A stretch of DNA of 64,000 bases, from contig JAYFMW010000003.1 of NCBI GenBank assembly GCA_042408215.1, positions 288,001 to 352,000 of the forward strand. The letters run 5' to 3'. This DNA is from Microcoleus sp. (GTDB lineage: Bacteria; Cyanobacteriota; Cyanobacteriia; Cyanobacteriales; Microcoleaceae). A model generated the notes under the pieces. The model had not been told where the DNA came from. It searched no databases and worked only from the letters and a program-made list of their open reading frames with translations. Of the stretch, positions 1-10,870 are shown piece after piece (position 1 is the stretch's first letter; every line of letters starts with the position of its first letter). Made by a program: the position numbers and the translations under genes.

Positions 1-38
1 TGAAGAGAGCCAGAAAAAACACGCCACAGGACTTAATT

Positions 39-947
39 TTATGAGTATTTGTGCCACTTGTCAATGATTTTAATCATGGTTTTGTCGGTTAACCCTTTAA
101 CACGTTCCACCACATTTGCAAAGGACACAAATGGCCGCACATCTCGCTCTTTGAGGATTATTTGGATTACTGGAAGCTTCAATCCCGCATCTTTCAAAGT
201 CGTCGATAATTGAATTTTATCGAGAGTATTGAGTGCTGACAACAGTGACATTGATTCCGAAGTTACTTTTTCAACCACCTGTTTTTCGGGTGGTTGCTCT
301 GGTTTCAATTCATTAATTCTGTTGGCTAGCCCAGCTTCAATTAACTGATTTACTTCTTGTAAAATTCTGTTTTCAAATTCTTGTATACTCTGTGCTAACA
401 CCTGTTTTTCACGGGCGTACTCAGCTTTCAATTCATTAATTTGACTCGCAAACTGGGCTTCAATATTTGTCAGCCGCTGTTCTAAATTGGATGATGGTTG
501 GGGAGTTTCGTTGTCATAAGATTTAGGGACTTCGACCAAAGAAACCGGGTTTTTGATTGAATCTGCGGGCTGCGATAAAGTATTTTCGTAGAAAAACCCG
601 GTTTCTGGGTTTTCAACTAAATTGTCATTTTTGGCAGGTTTTCTCAGGGCTTGAACTTGCTCTAGCAGAAGTTCTTCATTTTCCGGCTCAAGAATAAATG
701 CTCCGATTGTCTCGCCTTTCTTAGGGTTGATTTCCCTGGCTTTCGCCGCCGCATAGTATTCAAAGTCTCCGTCTACTATCTCGTAGGCGTCCATCCCGTT
801 GCGACGGAGAACTATGGGGTTGATCAATCCTCCTAATTCTAAAATTAGTTGTGCGACTTTCTCCAAATCGCGATCGGCAAAATTGTCACGGGGAACTTTA
901 GATGTAATCTTTTTTACAGCTACCAACGACGGGGATAATTTTTGCAT
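39..947 (-). CDS. ParB N-terminal-like domain protein with coiled coil and C-terminal helix-hairpin-helix-like domain
   Basis: ILELGGLINPIVLRR..YEIVDGDFEYYAA is ParB/Srx-like. C-terminal ILKERDVRPFVSFANVVERVKGLTDKT resembles ComEA-type HhH. Start overlaps the stop of the upstream ParA. Confidence 0.75.
   Translation of the reverse strand: MQKLSPSLVAVKKITSKVPRDNFADRDLEKVAQLILELGGLINPIVLRRNGMDAYEIVDGDFEYYAAAKAREINPKKGETIGAFILEPENEELLLEQVQALRKPAKNDNLVENPETGFFYENTLSQPADSIKNPVSLVEVPKSYDNETPQPSSNLEQRLTNIEAQFASQINELKAEYAREKQVLAQSIQEFENRILQEVNQLIEAGLANRINELKPEQPPEKQVVEKVTSESMSLLSALNTLDKIQLSTTLKDAGLKLPVIQIILKERDVRPFVSFANVVERVKGLTDKTMIKIIDKWHKYS
517..622. mobile_element. MITE/REP element (GAAACCGGGTTTTT..AAAAACCCGGTTTC family) inserted in frame in the parB-like gene
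   Basis: accaaagaaaccgggttttt...tattttcgtagaaaaacccggtttct aligns by eye with the intergenic copy at about 54971-55078. Confidence 0.7.
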
Positions 948-2458
948 TATTTCTCACCTATCTTTTCCAAAACTTCCATTGCTAATACTTCAAACTCTTG
1001 GGATGCGATTGAATCTGGCTTAAAGTCTAACACCGAAATGGGGTCGGCAATTTCCATATCTCCGAATATTTGAGTTTGTTCTGCACACTTAGCCAAATCA
1101 TCTCTTTCATAAATTACGCTTTCCATAATTTCCATACCGTAACGTTTGGGAATTGCATCCCTCCGCCTAGGCAAACTGTACTGTATAAATTTACCGTTAG
1201 TTGAGATTTTACAAGGAAGTACACCTAAAACCTGTAGAGGATTTTTGCCGATTTGTTTCTTAAATCCATTAACTTTTTTGATAAAATCTTTGACATTAAT
1301 TAATCCTTGATTCGCAAAAGGCTTTAAGTCAGAAGGAATAATTAAATAATCGGCTGCAATCAGGGCAACTCTGGCATAAAAATTTAAAGACGGTGGCGTA
1401 TCAATCAATACAATATCATATTTATCTTGTACTTCTGCTAGTTTCTGTATCAGAATCATTCTACTGTAATCCAGTGAATTTAGTTCTGTTTCATATTGCA
1501 TTAAATCAATATGAGAAGGAATTACATCTATTGCTGGAGTGCAAAAATTAGACTTTCTAGCTACTTCTGATATTGAGTAAAAATCCTCTGACTGTAAGAT
1601 GTGCAGAATATTGTTTTGTTTTAAATCATCATCTTCTTCGTCATCAAATTTGACTAAACCTGTCGCAAAGGTTGTATTAGCTTGACTGTCTAAGTCTATC
1701 ACCAAGACTCTTTTACATTGCTTGCTGAGGGCGGCGGCTAAATTGACTACGGTTGTAGTTTTGCCGACACCGCCTTTATTGTGATATACTGCAATGATTT
1801 TCATGGTATTTTGACTGGTTTGAAAGACTAAATCTAAGGGAATTTCTGGTTTAATTTCAGTATTAATTGGCAAAATTTCCGGGACTTTTTCCGGTTCTGA
1901 GATTTGACTTGGCTCAGGTTCTGCGGTGGCGGGATTATTTAGCTGTACTGGTACTTCGCTCGTTAACTGAGGACTAACTAAATTATTTTTACTATGTTCT
2001 AGTTCGAGATTTTCGGGGGTTTTTATTGGTCTTAAACTATCTCTGCCAATGAAAGCAATAATTTCATCTATTCTGGTTTCAACTTCTTGGCCAGAGCAAT
2101 TAAATACTAGCTTAATCTCTGAGGCGACTCTTTCGTAAATTCTAATTTCTTTAGCATTGGTTATCAATCCGTAGCGAATGCTTAAACTTGTTAAGTAACG
2201 CTTCAGTCTCCTGATGTGGCGGTCTAATTTTTCCTTCGGATGTTTCGCCTCAATTACTACACTCATCGGCGAGTCTGCATCGATGACTATTGGGATAACT
2301 TGGGTGGCAAAGGATAGGAAGTCTAGACGAATATTCCCAAATGCTATTTCTTGGTGCCAATTGTCGGGTGTATAGCCTAACTTGGGTAATAAATAACTGA
2401 CAATGAGTTTGCTTTCAACTTCGCTTTCGTTGCGGCAGTTATTGGGATTAAAAGTCAA
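947..2458 (-). CDS. HsdR_N-like PD-(D/E)XK nuclease domain fused to ParA/Soj-family ATPase
   Basis: N-terminus ESEVESKLIVSYLLPKLGY..RLDF..VIEAK..YGLITN. C-terminus has deviant Walker A KGGVGKTT, VLVIDLDSQAN and LIDTPPS. TTG start. Confidence 0.85.
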   Translation of the reverse strand: MTFNPNNCRNESEVESKLIVSYLLPKLGYTPDNWHQEIAFGNIRLDFLSFATQVIPIVIDADSPMSVVIEAKHPKEKLDRHIRRLKRYLTSLSIRYGLITNAKEIRIYERVASEIKLVFNCSGQEVETRIDEIIAFIGRDSLRPIKTPENLELEHSKNNLVSPQLTSEVPVQLNNPATAEPEPSQISEPEKVPEILPINTEIKPEIPLDLVFQTSQNTMKIIAVYHNKGGVGKTTTVVNLAAALSKQCKRVLVIDLDSQANTTFATGLVKFDDEEDDDLKQNNILHILQSEDFYSISEVARKSNFCTPAIDVIPSHIDLMQYETELNSLDYSRMILIQKLAEVQDKYDIVLIDTPPSLNFYARVALIAADYLIIPSDLKPFANQGLINVKDFIKKVNGFKKQIGKNPLQVLGVLPCKISTNGKFIQYSLPRRRDAIPKRYGMEIMESVIYERDDLAKCAEQTQIFGDMEIADPISVLDFKPDSIASQEFEVLAMEVLEKIGEK

Positions 2459-2499
2459 TGGATTTTTGATTTTTGATTTTTGATTGGGGAATTGCTGAT

Positions 2500-2684
2500 T
2501 GGTTGGGTGTTATTAGTTATTTGTTATTGGTTATTAGTTATAACTCACATCTTGCATCATTCTCAAGAACAGGCATCTTGCCTGTTCCACAAAGAGTGGG
2601 TACCGCAAATAACCAATAACCAATAACCAATAACCAATAACCAGTAACCAGTAACTAATGACTGCTGACTAAGGACTGCTGACT
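2500..2684. repeat. Heptamer tandem repeats (STRR-like) flanking an aacaggcatcttgcctgtt palindrome
   Basis: ttattag/taaccaa/tgactgc tracts; palindrome at about 2568-2590. Confidence 0.85.
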
Positions 2685-3735
2685 ATTTGGTTTGAGCTTC
2701 AAACTCTTCCAATGTCATATAACCGCCAGAGGGATCGTACAGGTGACAGTTGTCGGCAATTCGCTTCATTAAAGCCCAAGAAAACTCTGTTTCATAGAGA
2801 TGATCTTGCCAATTTTCCTTTAAGCTGCTGTGGGCTAGGCGCAAGTTGTACCAGGGAATAGCAGTTGAAAGGTGGTGGGGAATGTGGACGTTAATGTCGT
2901 GGCACAGGAACTCTACCCAGCGGGGATAATCGCAGTGAACTGTTCCCGATAGTTGGGCTTCAGCTTCGTTCCATTCTGAAGGTTCTTTAAAAGAAATGTC
3001 TGGTGCTGTGTGGTGAACAATGGTGAATGTGCTCATCCAGAAATGGTAAACCATCCAGGGCATTAACCAAAATTTGACAAATCCCCAGATACCGGTTGTG
3101 GCAATTAATGTGGGAAATCCGATCGCAGCACCGATTAAAACTACTAACACAGAAAACCGGACTTGTTCTTGTTTCTGTTGGCCTTTGAAGCGCCACCACA
3201 TGAAGTGCACTTTTGCCCAATGGGCGATCGATCCAACCCACCACAGCCGACCGAATATTAAACTATAAGCTATTTGTAAAACCTTCGGAGCAGCAGCGTA
3301 GTCTTCTGCTGTCATCGGCTGCCAAGCATTATCTTCGCCAATTTTATTGGTGTGCTTGTGGTGATAATTGTGTCCGTGTCGCCATGCGTGAAACGGGTAA
3401 ATTAATGGCAAAAATGCTAGATGTCCGACTAAATCGTTTACCCAGCGGCGGTTAGCAAATGACCGGTGCCCGCAGTCATGTCCGATCACAAAAAAACCGG
3501 TTAATCCGGTACCTGTGAAAATCCACATCAGGGGTAGTAGAAACCAAGGTGATACTGCTAGGCCCCAGTAACCGACAGCAACTAGCAAAACGTTGATGAT
3601 GACTTTTGTCCAAGCTTTGCGGGGGTTTTTGACGAATACTTCCCGCGGCAGGGTTTTGAGAATATCTTTGAGCCGCAGGTTGGAAATGTCACTTGCGGAT
3701 GTCAAATTTAGTGGTTTTTCGATCGATGCTGTCAT
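2683..3735 (-). CDS. desA: Delta-12 acyl-lipid fatty acid desaturase
   Basis: Three His boxes (HDCGH, HNYHH, HIPHH). Start chosen at ATG 3735. Confidence 0.9.
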   Translation of the reverse strand: MTASIEKPLNLTSASDISNLRLKDILKTLPREVFVKNPRKAWTKVIINVLLVAVGYWGLAVSPWFLLPLMWIFTGTGLTGFFVIGHDCGHRSFANRRWVNDLVGHLAFLPLIYPFHAWRHGHNYHHKHTNKIGEDNAWQPMTAEDYAAAPKVLQIAYSLIFGRLWWVGSIAHWAKVHFMWWRFKGQQKQEQVRFSVLVVLIGAAIGFPTLIATTGIWGFVKFWLMPWMVYHFWMSTFTIVHHTAPDISFKEPSEWNEAEAQLSGTVHCDYPRWVEFLCHDINVHIPHHLSTAIPWYNLRLAHSSLKENWQDHLYETEFSWALMKRIADNCHLYDPSGGYMTLEEFEAQTK

Positions 3736-4014
3736 AAATTCTCTTGGAATATTTGGAAACCCCAACTTCCAATTGGGGATTGATCTAGATTCTCCGTTTA
3801 CCAGTAGAAGGCCGGTAACAAAATTAACTCAGTACCATGTAGCCGGCTGCAAGTCAGCAGCAGGCTAGTTTAGGTAGGCGATCGCGTTTTAACAAATGCT
3901 GGCTATCGCTAGCCGCTGATTAAATGGCTAGCGCTTTTGGTTAAAAAAACTGCGGTCAACAAAACTTTACTTTTTATACCACAGGGGCGGCACAATTAGC
4001 ACGAGTTGCTACTA

Positions 4015-4302
4015 CTAATTGTTGTTGCTGCCAGCAGAATTTTGACCGATCGCAACTTGAGAGCAAGCAACATAGCGTCGCTGTTTGAGGGTTTGCACTT
4101 GCAGCAGCAAGGATTCGATTTCTGCTTGCAGGTGCAAAAATTTAACTTGGTGGTCGGCTTGATACGGAGACTTAACAGACTCTACTTTGCGGGTAAAACC
4201 GGTCGGTAGGGTAGAAGAACTAGCCATTTCGGGATTGCTAGCCGTGATTTGAGGCCGAGAAAGAGTGGAGGAATTATTTGACATTAGTAATTGGGTAGAC
4301 AT
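4015..4302 (-). CDS. Small cyanobacterial hypothetical protein
   Basis: ATG-started 95 aa ORF with a short coiled coil (HLQAEIESLLLQVQTLKQ). Confidence 0.55.
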   Translation of the reverse strand: MSTQLLMSNNSSTLSRPQITASNPEMASSSTLPTGFTRKVESVKSPYQADHQVKFLHLQAEIESLLLQVQTLKQRRYVACSQVAIGQNSAGSNNN

Positions 4303-4423
4303 ATCTACACATTCACACCATTAAGTAACTTTAACCTGAACCGATCGTATTAAACATCAAATTAACCGATCGAGCTAAAATTGGTGTAAATTGCTCCGAC
4401 ATTGCCTAGAAACTGTTGACATC

Positions 4424-5548
4424 GTGACCCTGATTTTACCTGCTACTGACTCTGCTCTTAACTCTGCTGCCCGCGCAGCCTTGCCGAAACACTACGGCTG
4501 GCCGGGCTTGATCGAAGCTTATCGTCCCTATCTGCCGGTGACGGAAACCACGCCGGTAGTGACACTCCAAGAGGGAAACACTCCCTTAATTCCAGCACCG
4601 GCGATCGCCGCTCTCATCGGTAGAGACGTGCGCGTCCTGGTCAAATACGACGGCCTCAACCCCACTGGTAGTTTCAAAGACCGGGGGATGACAATGGCGA
4701 TTTCCAAGGCGAAGGAAGCTGGCGCCGAGGCGGTAATTTGCGCCAGTACGGGCAACACTTCGGCCTCTGCGGCAGCCTACGCCCGACGCGGGGGGATGCG
4801 AGCTTTCGTGTTGATTCCCGAAGGTTACGTGGCTTTGGGCAAATTGGCCCAAGCTTTGCTGTACGGTGCGGAAGTGATTTCGATTCAAGGAAATTTCGAT
4901 CGGGCTTTAGAAATTGTCCGGGAAATGGCCGTCAACTACCCCGTGACTTTGGTAAATTCGGTGAATCCTTACCGCTTGGAAGGCCAGAAAACCGGCGCTT
5001 TTGAAGTGGTGGACGCTTTGGGCGACGCCCCAGACTGGCTGTGCATTCCCGTAGGAAATGCGGGAAACATCACAGCATACTGGATGGGTTTTTGTCAATA
5101 CCACCAAGCTAGAAAATGTTCGCGCCTCCCGCGAATGATGGGATTTCAAGCAGCGGGGGCTGCGCCTTTGGTGACGGGAAAGCCGGTGTCGCACCCGGAA
5201 ACTCTGGCGACGGCGATTCGGATTGGGAACCCGGCTAGTTGGACACAGGCTGTTGCCGCTTCCGAAGCCAGTCGCGGCAGTTTTTCCGCTGTTACGGATG
5301 AGGAAATTCTGGACGCTTACCGTTTGCTAGCATCCCAGGAAGGGATTTTCTGCGAACCAGCGAGTGCAGCTTCTGTGGCGGGTTTGCTGAAGGTAAAAGA
5401 CCAAGTTCCGACTGGGGCGACGGTGGTTTGCGTGCTGACTGGTAATGGTTTAAAAGACCCGGATACGGCGATTAATCACAGCAAGAACAACTTTAAACAA
5501 GGGATTGCTCCGAGTTTGGATGCGGTAGCTGGGGCGATGGGATTTTAA
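4424..5548 (+). CDS. thrC: Threonine synthase
   Basis: [13 protein letters not shown] lysine, CASTGNTS and VGNAGN motifs. Likely GTG start at 4424. Confidence 0.95.
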   Translation: MTLILPATDSALNSAARAALPKHYGWPGLIEAYRPYLPVTETTPVVTLQEGNTPLIPAPAIAALIGRDVRVLVKYDGLNPTGSFKDRGMTMAISKAKEAGAEAVICASTGNTSASAAAYARRGGMRAFVLIPEGYVALGKLAQALLYGAEVISIQGNFDRALEIVREMAVNYPVTLVNSVNPYRLEGQKTGAFEVVDALGDAPDWLCIPVGNAGNITAYWMGFCQYHQARKCSRLPRMMGFQAAGAAPLVTGKPVSHPETLATAIRIGNPASWTQAVAASEASRGSFSAVTDEEILDAYRLLASQEGIFCEPASAASVAGLLKVKDQVPTGATVVCVLTGNGLKDPDTAINHSKNNFKQGIAPSLDAVAGAMGF

Positions 5549-5564
5549 GAAGTTATATCAAGAT

Positions 5565-5730
5565 CCTCGGCGGTTGAAACCGCGTCTACACAAACGAAGT
5601 CCGCCTTCGCGGACTAAGAAATAAGACAAGCAAGATGCCTGTTCCACTCTTAGCTAAAATCCCTTGTGGGTGGAGACAAGAGTCTTCTCAAAGTCCCCCT
5701 TCTTAAGGGGGATTTAGGGGGATCTAGACT
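5565..5730. repeat. Cluster of three palindromic repeat families
   Basis: cggttgaaaccgcg..acaaacgaagtccgc (also about 14196, 35757, 55873); caagatgcctgttccac; ccccct-taag-ggggg (also 21440, 41885, 58125). Confidence 0.8.
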
Positions 5731-5801
5731 CAACTACAAGCGACATTTCCTATGATTTTGAGTCTGAAGTTGACACCAATAGCCGAATTTCCCACCCCTT
5801 T

Positions 5802-8800
5802 CTACATTTCCCCCTGAGAAATCCATGCACCCCAAAAATAAGGATGTGATAACAATTGATAATCAGGGTTAGCCTTAATAAACTCCTGTGTGAGAACTTT
5901 TTTCTCGTTGATAAACTCATCGACAATATCGCGACCTAAAGGAAATTGTCGTAACTTCTGAATCGTAATTGTCCGAATATAAGATTGAGCCTTTAATAAA
6001 GCTTCTCGCTTACCTAAACCCCGCTCAACATCACTTAAAAACCGATCCATCAACAACATAGAAACGCGGGTAGGAACTGACCACAAACTCATAATTAAAG
6101 CTTTACATCCCGCCACCGCAAAGGCACGCCGCAGCCCAAAAACCCCCTCTCCTAATTGTACATCTCCCAAGCCAGTTTGACAAGCAATTAAAATCGTTAC
6201 TTCATTTTCCCATAAATCAATCCCGGCCACATCCTGAGCTAATAATAATCCTTTCCCCGCATGGGTGGGTAAGGTTTGCCCTTGTCGCGAATTGTTGGCC
6301 CCAGCAAAGGCTAAACCCGCACGAATCATAGCATTATTAGCCGGAGCAACGGCAAAGCGATCTAAGGGGTTTTCGGTGAGGTTGAGTGCAGGAGATATTT
6401 TATATTGTTCTGAGACTTTCTCGACAAAGTTTCTTAACCATTGGGCGAGATTTTCTTTTCCTTGTGTGGCAAAAGTTACCGCTTGATTTTCCATTGCCAT
6501 CAGCAATTGGGGATTGACTAAATCTCGATTTTTTGCTAAGAGATTTTCTGCCTCTTCTTCTGAAGGAAATTTGAGCAATTCTTGGGTTAAGCGAATATAG
6601 GGACTTTCTGGTTCAAAATAGCCATGCGTAGCAATTAATAAAATTCGCGGACAGGCTGTTTGAGAGAACAGGGTTTCTACGGCTTGATCGCCTAAATAGA
6701 GATTGGGAATGGCTAATTTTTCCGCGATGCTTTTGGCTAGGGTTTCTGTTTCGGGAAGGGGGTCAAATTCCTTTGAGGATAGGCTCTTGAAAACTGGTTT
6801 TGTACTGTGTGAGTTAGCACCAGATTGAGATAAACCTTCTGTTTTGGGTTTGATCGAAGGCGGTTGAGGATAGTCAAAATTAGGATTGGCAATAATCAAA
6901 GATTCTGAGGCTTTACGGTCTGTCTCCAGTTTCCATCTTAATACATCTTTGCCACTACTGAGATAACTGATTTGATAATTATCCCTTAATAACTGTTGGC
7001 CGGTTTCATCGACGGGCAAAACGCCAAAGGGAATCAGGCTTAATTGGGAATCTGGGGCGATAAAAATGTTTTGGTAAGGTTGCAGAATTGAAAGGAGAGG
7101 TGTAAAGATTTTTTCGCGTAGGGCGTTGGGATATTGAGGGTTATATTGATAAGCGTTTAATCGTACTTCTAGTGCTTCACCCTTTTTTTTCGCGCCTCCC
7201 TTTGCCATTGTTTCTGAATGTGGGGGATTGTTTTCTAAGGATAAAACTTGACGTACCTTTTCAATTAAATCATCAATGGGTTGGGCTTCTCCTAATGAAA
7301 TCATCTGCACTGCATCGGGAGTTTCTGCGGGTAAAATAAATGCCCAATATTCCGCAGATTTCCAGTTTTCACCTTTGGCGGCTGTAAAATCATAACGATC
7401 GAACCGCACATATTCCACTAATACCGCATTGGCGGGTAATTCCAAGGCAACTGCCCGACGATCTACGGTTTGATCTTGCAGTTGAATTTCAGGAACTTGG
7501 GTGGCGAGTTCCTTTTCTAATTGTTGACATTGTTGTTCTAATTCTGCAATATCTTTTTGATACTCTCCCAAACGAGTGCGATAAATTTCTATGGGTTTTT
7601 CTGGATCTGGAATGGGAGGTTTATTGATGCGGTGATAGAGTTGTTCTTGCAAAGAACGGAGGCGATTAAACTGGGGTTTGAGGTGGGAATAGCGTTGACT
7701 GTGGATGGCAAAGTTAAACGCCGCCAACGCCGCTGCCGTCATAGATTTGCGTTTGAGAACGACATCTAAGGCTTTTTGGACTTCTGCGGGAGAGTTGGAG
7801 AAATATTGAGAAACTAAGGAGAGGAAAATGTCAAAATTTTTTCTATTATTTTTAATTAATTGAAGTCGCTCTTGTTCTGAACTAAAGGCAAAATTACTTC
7901 GCATCAAGCGATCTTCCATTTCAATTGCTTGCTGCTTTTTCTCAAATGCTGCACCAGGACGGTTGGTAAAAGCTAAAAAATTCCCTAATTTATTCAGACT
8001 ATCTGCCACATTAGGATGGTCGCCTATAAATAGGCGTTTTGTCATCTCTAATGCCTGTTGAAAGAGAGATTCAACTTTCTCGTAGCGTCCTTGAATTCTG
8101 TAGAGTGATGCCAAGCCATTGATATTGCTTGCTAAGTTAGGATGGTCGCCATTAAATAGGCGTTGGTAAATCTCTAATGCCTGTTTGTAGAGAAGTTCAG
8201 CTTCATTATAGCGTCCTTGGGATCTGTAGAGTAATGCCAAGTTATTGAGACTGGTTGCCACATCAGGATGGTCGCCATTAAATAGGCGTTGGAACATCTC
8301 TAATGCCTGTTGCAATAGAGGTTCAGCTTCACTATAGCGTTCTTGAGACCTATAGACTGACGCTAAATTATTAATACTAAGTGCTACTTTGGGATGGTCG
8401 CCATTAAATAGGCGTTTTCTCATCTCTAATGCCTGTTGCAATAGAGGTTCAGCTTCGGAGTAGCGTCTTTGGGAGTAGTAGAGTAATCCTAAGTTATTGA
8501 GACTGGATGCCATATCAGGATGGTCGCCATTAAATAGGCGTTGGAACATCTTTTGTCCCTGTTTGCATAGAGGTTCAGCTTCAGAGTAGCGTCCTTGGGA
8601 TATGTAGAGTAATGCCAAGTTATTGAGACTTTGTGCCACATCATCATGGTCGCCATTAAATAGGCGTTTTCTCATCTCTAATGCCTGTTGCAATAGAGGT
8701 TCAGCTTCAGAGTAGCGTCCTTGGAAATCGTAGAGTAATCCTAAGTTATTGAGACTGATTGCTACATCATCATGGTCGCCATTAAATAGGCGTTGGGACA

Positions 8801-9401
8801 TCTCTAATGACTGTTTATAGAGAGGATCAGCATCCGCGTAGCGTCCTTGGGATTCGTAGAGTGATCCCAAGTTATTGAGACTTTGTGCCACATCATCATG
8901 GTCGCCTGTAAATAGGCGTTTTCTCATATCTAATGCCTGTTTATAGAGAGGTTCCGCATCCGCGTAGCGTCCTTGGAAATGGTAGAAATATCCCAAGCTA
9001 TTGAGACTTTGTGCCAGATCAGTATGATCACCTGTAAATAGGCGTTTTCTCATATCTAACGACTGTTTGTAGAGAGGTTCAGCTTCAGAGTAGCGTCCTT
9101 GGGAGTCGTAGAGTAATCCCAAGTTATTGAGAATTTGTGCCAGATCAGTATGGTCGCCTTCAAATAGGCGTTGGTACGTCTGTAATGCCTGTTTGTATAG
9201 AGGTTCAGCTTCAGAGTAACGCCCTTGGGATTTGTAGAGTAATCCCAAGTTATTCAGACTGGATGCTACATAGGTATGGTCGCCTGAGTGAAGGGATTGA
9301 GCTAAGATTAATGCTTGTTCAGCAACCAGTATCGCTTCATTAAATCTGCCTTCTGTATAAAGTTCAACCACTTGTTGATTCAGGTCTTGAAGCGTTTGCA
9401 T
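5802..9401 (-). CDS. TPR-repeat CHAT-domain (caspase-like) protease
   Basis: About 11 42-aa TPRs (SLNNLGLLY.SQGRYSEAEPLY). CHAT dyad motifs ATHGYF and IACQTGLG; terminal HPYFWGAW. Confidence 0.92.
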   Translation of the reverse strand: MQTLQDLNQQVVELYTEGRFNEAILVAEQALILAQSLHSGDHTYVASSLNNLGLLYKSQGRYSEAEPLYKQALQTYQRLFEGDHTDLAQILNNLGLLYDSQGRYSEAEPLYKQSLDMRKRLFTGDHTDLAQSLNSLGYFYHFQGRYADAEPLYKQALDMRKRLFTGDHDDVAQSLNNLGSLYESQGRYADADPLYKQSLEMSQRLFNGDHDDVAISLNNLGLLYDFQGRYSEAEPLLQQALEMRKRLFNGDHDDVAQSLNNLALLYISQGRYSEAEPLCKQGQKMFQRLFNGDHPDMASSLNNLGLLYYSQRRYSEAEPLLQQALEMRKRLFNGDHPKVALSINNLASVYRSQERYSEAEPLLQQALEMFQRLFNGDHPDVATSLNNLALLYRSQGRYNEAELLYKQALEIYQRLFNGDHPNLASNINGLASLYRIQGRYEKVESLFQQALEMTKRLFIGDHPNVADSLNKLGNFLAFTNRPGAAFEKKQQAIEMEDRLMRSNFAFSSEQERLQLIKNNRKNFDIFLSLVSQYFSNSPAEVQKALDVVLKRKSMTAAALAAFNFAIHSQRYSHLKPQFNRLRSLQEQLYHRINKPPIPDPEKPIEIYRTRLGEYQKDIAELEQQCQQLEKELATQVPEIQLQDQTVDRRAVALELPANAVLVEYVRFDRYDFTAAKGENWKSAEYWAFILPAETPDAVQMISLGEAQPIDDLIEKVRQVLSLENNPPHSETMAKGGAKKKGEALEVRLNAYQYNPQYPNALREKIFTPLLSILQPYQNIFIAPDSQLSLIPFGVLPVDETGQQLLRDNYQISYLSSGKDVLRWKLETDRKASESLIIANPNFDYPQPPSIKPKTEGLSQSGANSHSTKPVFKSLSSKEFDPLPETETLAKSIAEKLAIPNLYLGDQAVETLFSQTACPRILLIATHGYFEPESPYIRLTQELLKFPSEEEAENLLAKNRDLVNPQLLMAMENQAVTFATQGKENLAQWLRNFVEKVSEQYKISPALNLTENPLDRFAVAPANNAMIRAGLAFAGANNSRQGQTLPTHAGKGLLLAQDVAGIDLWENEVTILIACQTGLGDVQLGEGVFGLRRAFAVAGCKALIMSLWSVPTRVSMLLMDRFLSDVERGLGKREALLKAQSYIRTITIQKLRQFPLGRDIVDEFINEKKVLTQEFIKANPDYQLLSHPYFWGAWISQGEM

Positions 9402-9477
9402 AACAAATATTCCTGTAGGTTAAAAGCAAAGTCTGTCGATAAAAACGGGGTTTATACTATTCTCCACAAACCCCAAC

Positions 9478-9640
9478 AGGACTTACCCACGTCGAGGCGA
9501 GAAACTGGGTTTCTTCGTAGATATCTAGTTGAGAATCTTCGATTTTTCATAGAAACCCGGTTTCTTTGCGTAGTCTTGCCCAAAAAACCAGCTTTTTGCA
9601 GAATTATCGGCAGAGAAACCCAGTCTATTGTGCAAAAGCC
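9478..9640. repeat. GAAACCGGGTTT-family palindromic element(s)
   Basis: caggacttac end; agaaactgggtttc...gaaacccggtttc arms. Confidence 0.7.
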
Positions 9641-9650
9641 GATATCTGTA

Positions 9651-10541
9651 TTACCCCTGAGAGGCAACAACCAAATATTGCGTATATAACACCTCAGCGT
9701 TCGTTTGACTATTCACATAGTCCAAAATTCCCGCTAAATGCTCTCGATCGACTTCTAACGCTTCCTGGCGACTATCTTTCAACCACTGAAAAGGCGGTAA
9801 TTCAGGAGTAATCACAGCAAGCAGTTGTTCCCATCCTAGCTCATCGGAGCCAAAAGATTCATACTCCGAGTCAGGAAGGGGTAACTTCGTCTCTTTCCCT
9901 GCATGGTAGGAGGAACGGGCAAATTCCGAAGGACACAAACAAATAATCGTGCCGTTAGGTTCCCGTTCAAATAACATTAAATGTCCGCTTTGGGGAGAAA
10001 TCACCCGATAAGTTAAATCGCTATTAGCCGGGAATTGTTGACGCTTAATATTCCGTCGTGCGCCCATATCTGCTAATTGCGGTTCCCATTTTTCCACAAT
10101 TAACTCAGATTGCTTTTCTTTATCTGTCGTGGGCTGGGAATTTTCAGCTTTTGTTTTTAATTCGTTCCAACATTCCTCGATAGTGCGCGGCTTAATTAAA
10201 CCCTGTTCTTTTGCCCATTGTGCAAACATTTCCTCCCGCAACCAGTAGCGGCAATTTTTCCACCGATCCGCGCCTTTACTGGGTGGACATCCCATTTCTT
10301 CCATTTTATCACAAATTGAGGCTAATGTTTGCCGATAAATTTGGCCGGCATCTTGGGATTCATCATCTATTAAATGTTTGGCGGATTGCTGGGCTAGTTT
10401 TTGATGAATACAGCCATCATTATCTTTGATAAAGCGGCTGCGAAAAACCAGGTCTTTTTTTCCAGAAAAGTTAAAGCGATTAACCATCGCATCAATAAAA
10501 TCGCCTTCATTTTCATCATACAATTGCGTTAAAGTTGCCAT
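9651..10541 (-). CDS. DUF4384-like domain protein with probable N-terminal HTH
   Basis: C-terminal GHLMLFEREPNGTIICLCPS...GWEQLLAVIT is typical of DUF4384; N-terminus is helical. Confidence 0.7.
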   Translation of the reverse strand: MATLTQLYDENEGDFIDAMVNRFNFSGKKDLVFRSRFIKDNDGCIHQKLAQQSAKHLIDDESQDAGQIYRQTLASICDKMEEMGCPPSKGADRWKNCRYWLREEMFAQWAKEQGLIKPRTIEECWNELKTKAENSQPTTDKEKQSELIVEKWEPQLADMGARRNIKRQQFPANSDLTYRVISPQSGHLMLFEREPNGTIICLCPSEFARSSYHAGKETKLPLPDSEYESFGSDELGWEQLLAVITPELPPFQWLKDSRQEALEVDREHLAGILDYVNSQTNAEVLYTQYLVVASQG

Positions 10542-10870
10542 AGTCTTGAACTCCTTTTAATCATCTGGGTGAAGTAGGGGCGGGTTTTGTTAAATCTGAG
10601 TTGGGTGAGATTACTCTCGGTGATAGGGTAGCGTCGCCTTTGGCGATACCCGCCCCTACAGTGAATTATTGTGTTATTTAAGTTATAGCAATACCCATTT
10701 AAAATGTCTATACTTTATGACGAAAAACTACAAAATTCGACATCGACAATCACAGATAAAAATCGACATGACAATAAGAGAAAATCTCAAGTTTTACTGT
10801 TAGCCTGTTAAGTGTAGGGGCGGTTTCAACCAGTCCCCATCACAATTAACAAACAAAGGGGAAAAAAATT

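Noticed and set aside
8030..9290. 126-nt DNA tandem repeats as a separate element
   Set aside because: They are explained by the 42-aa TPR units of the CHAT protein.
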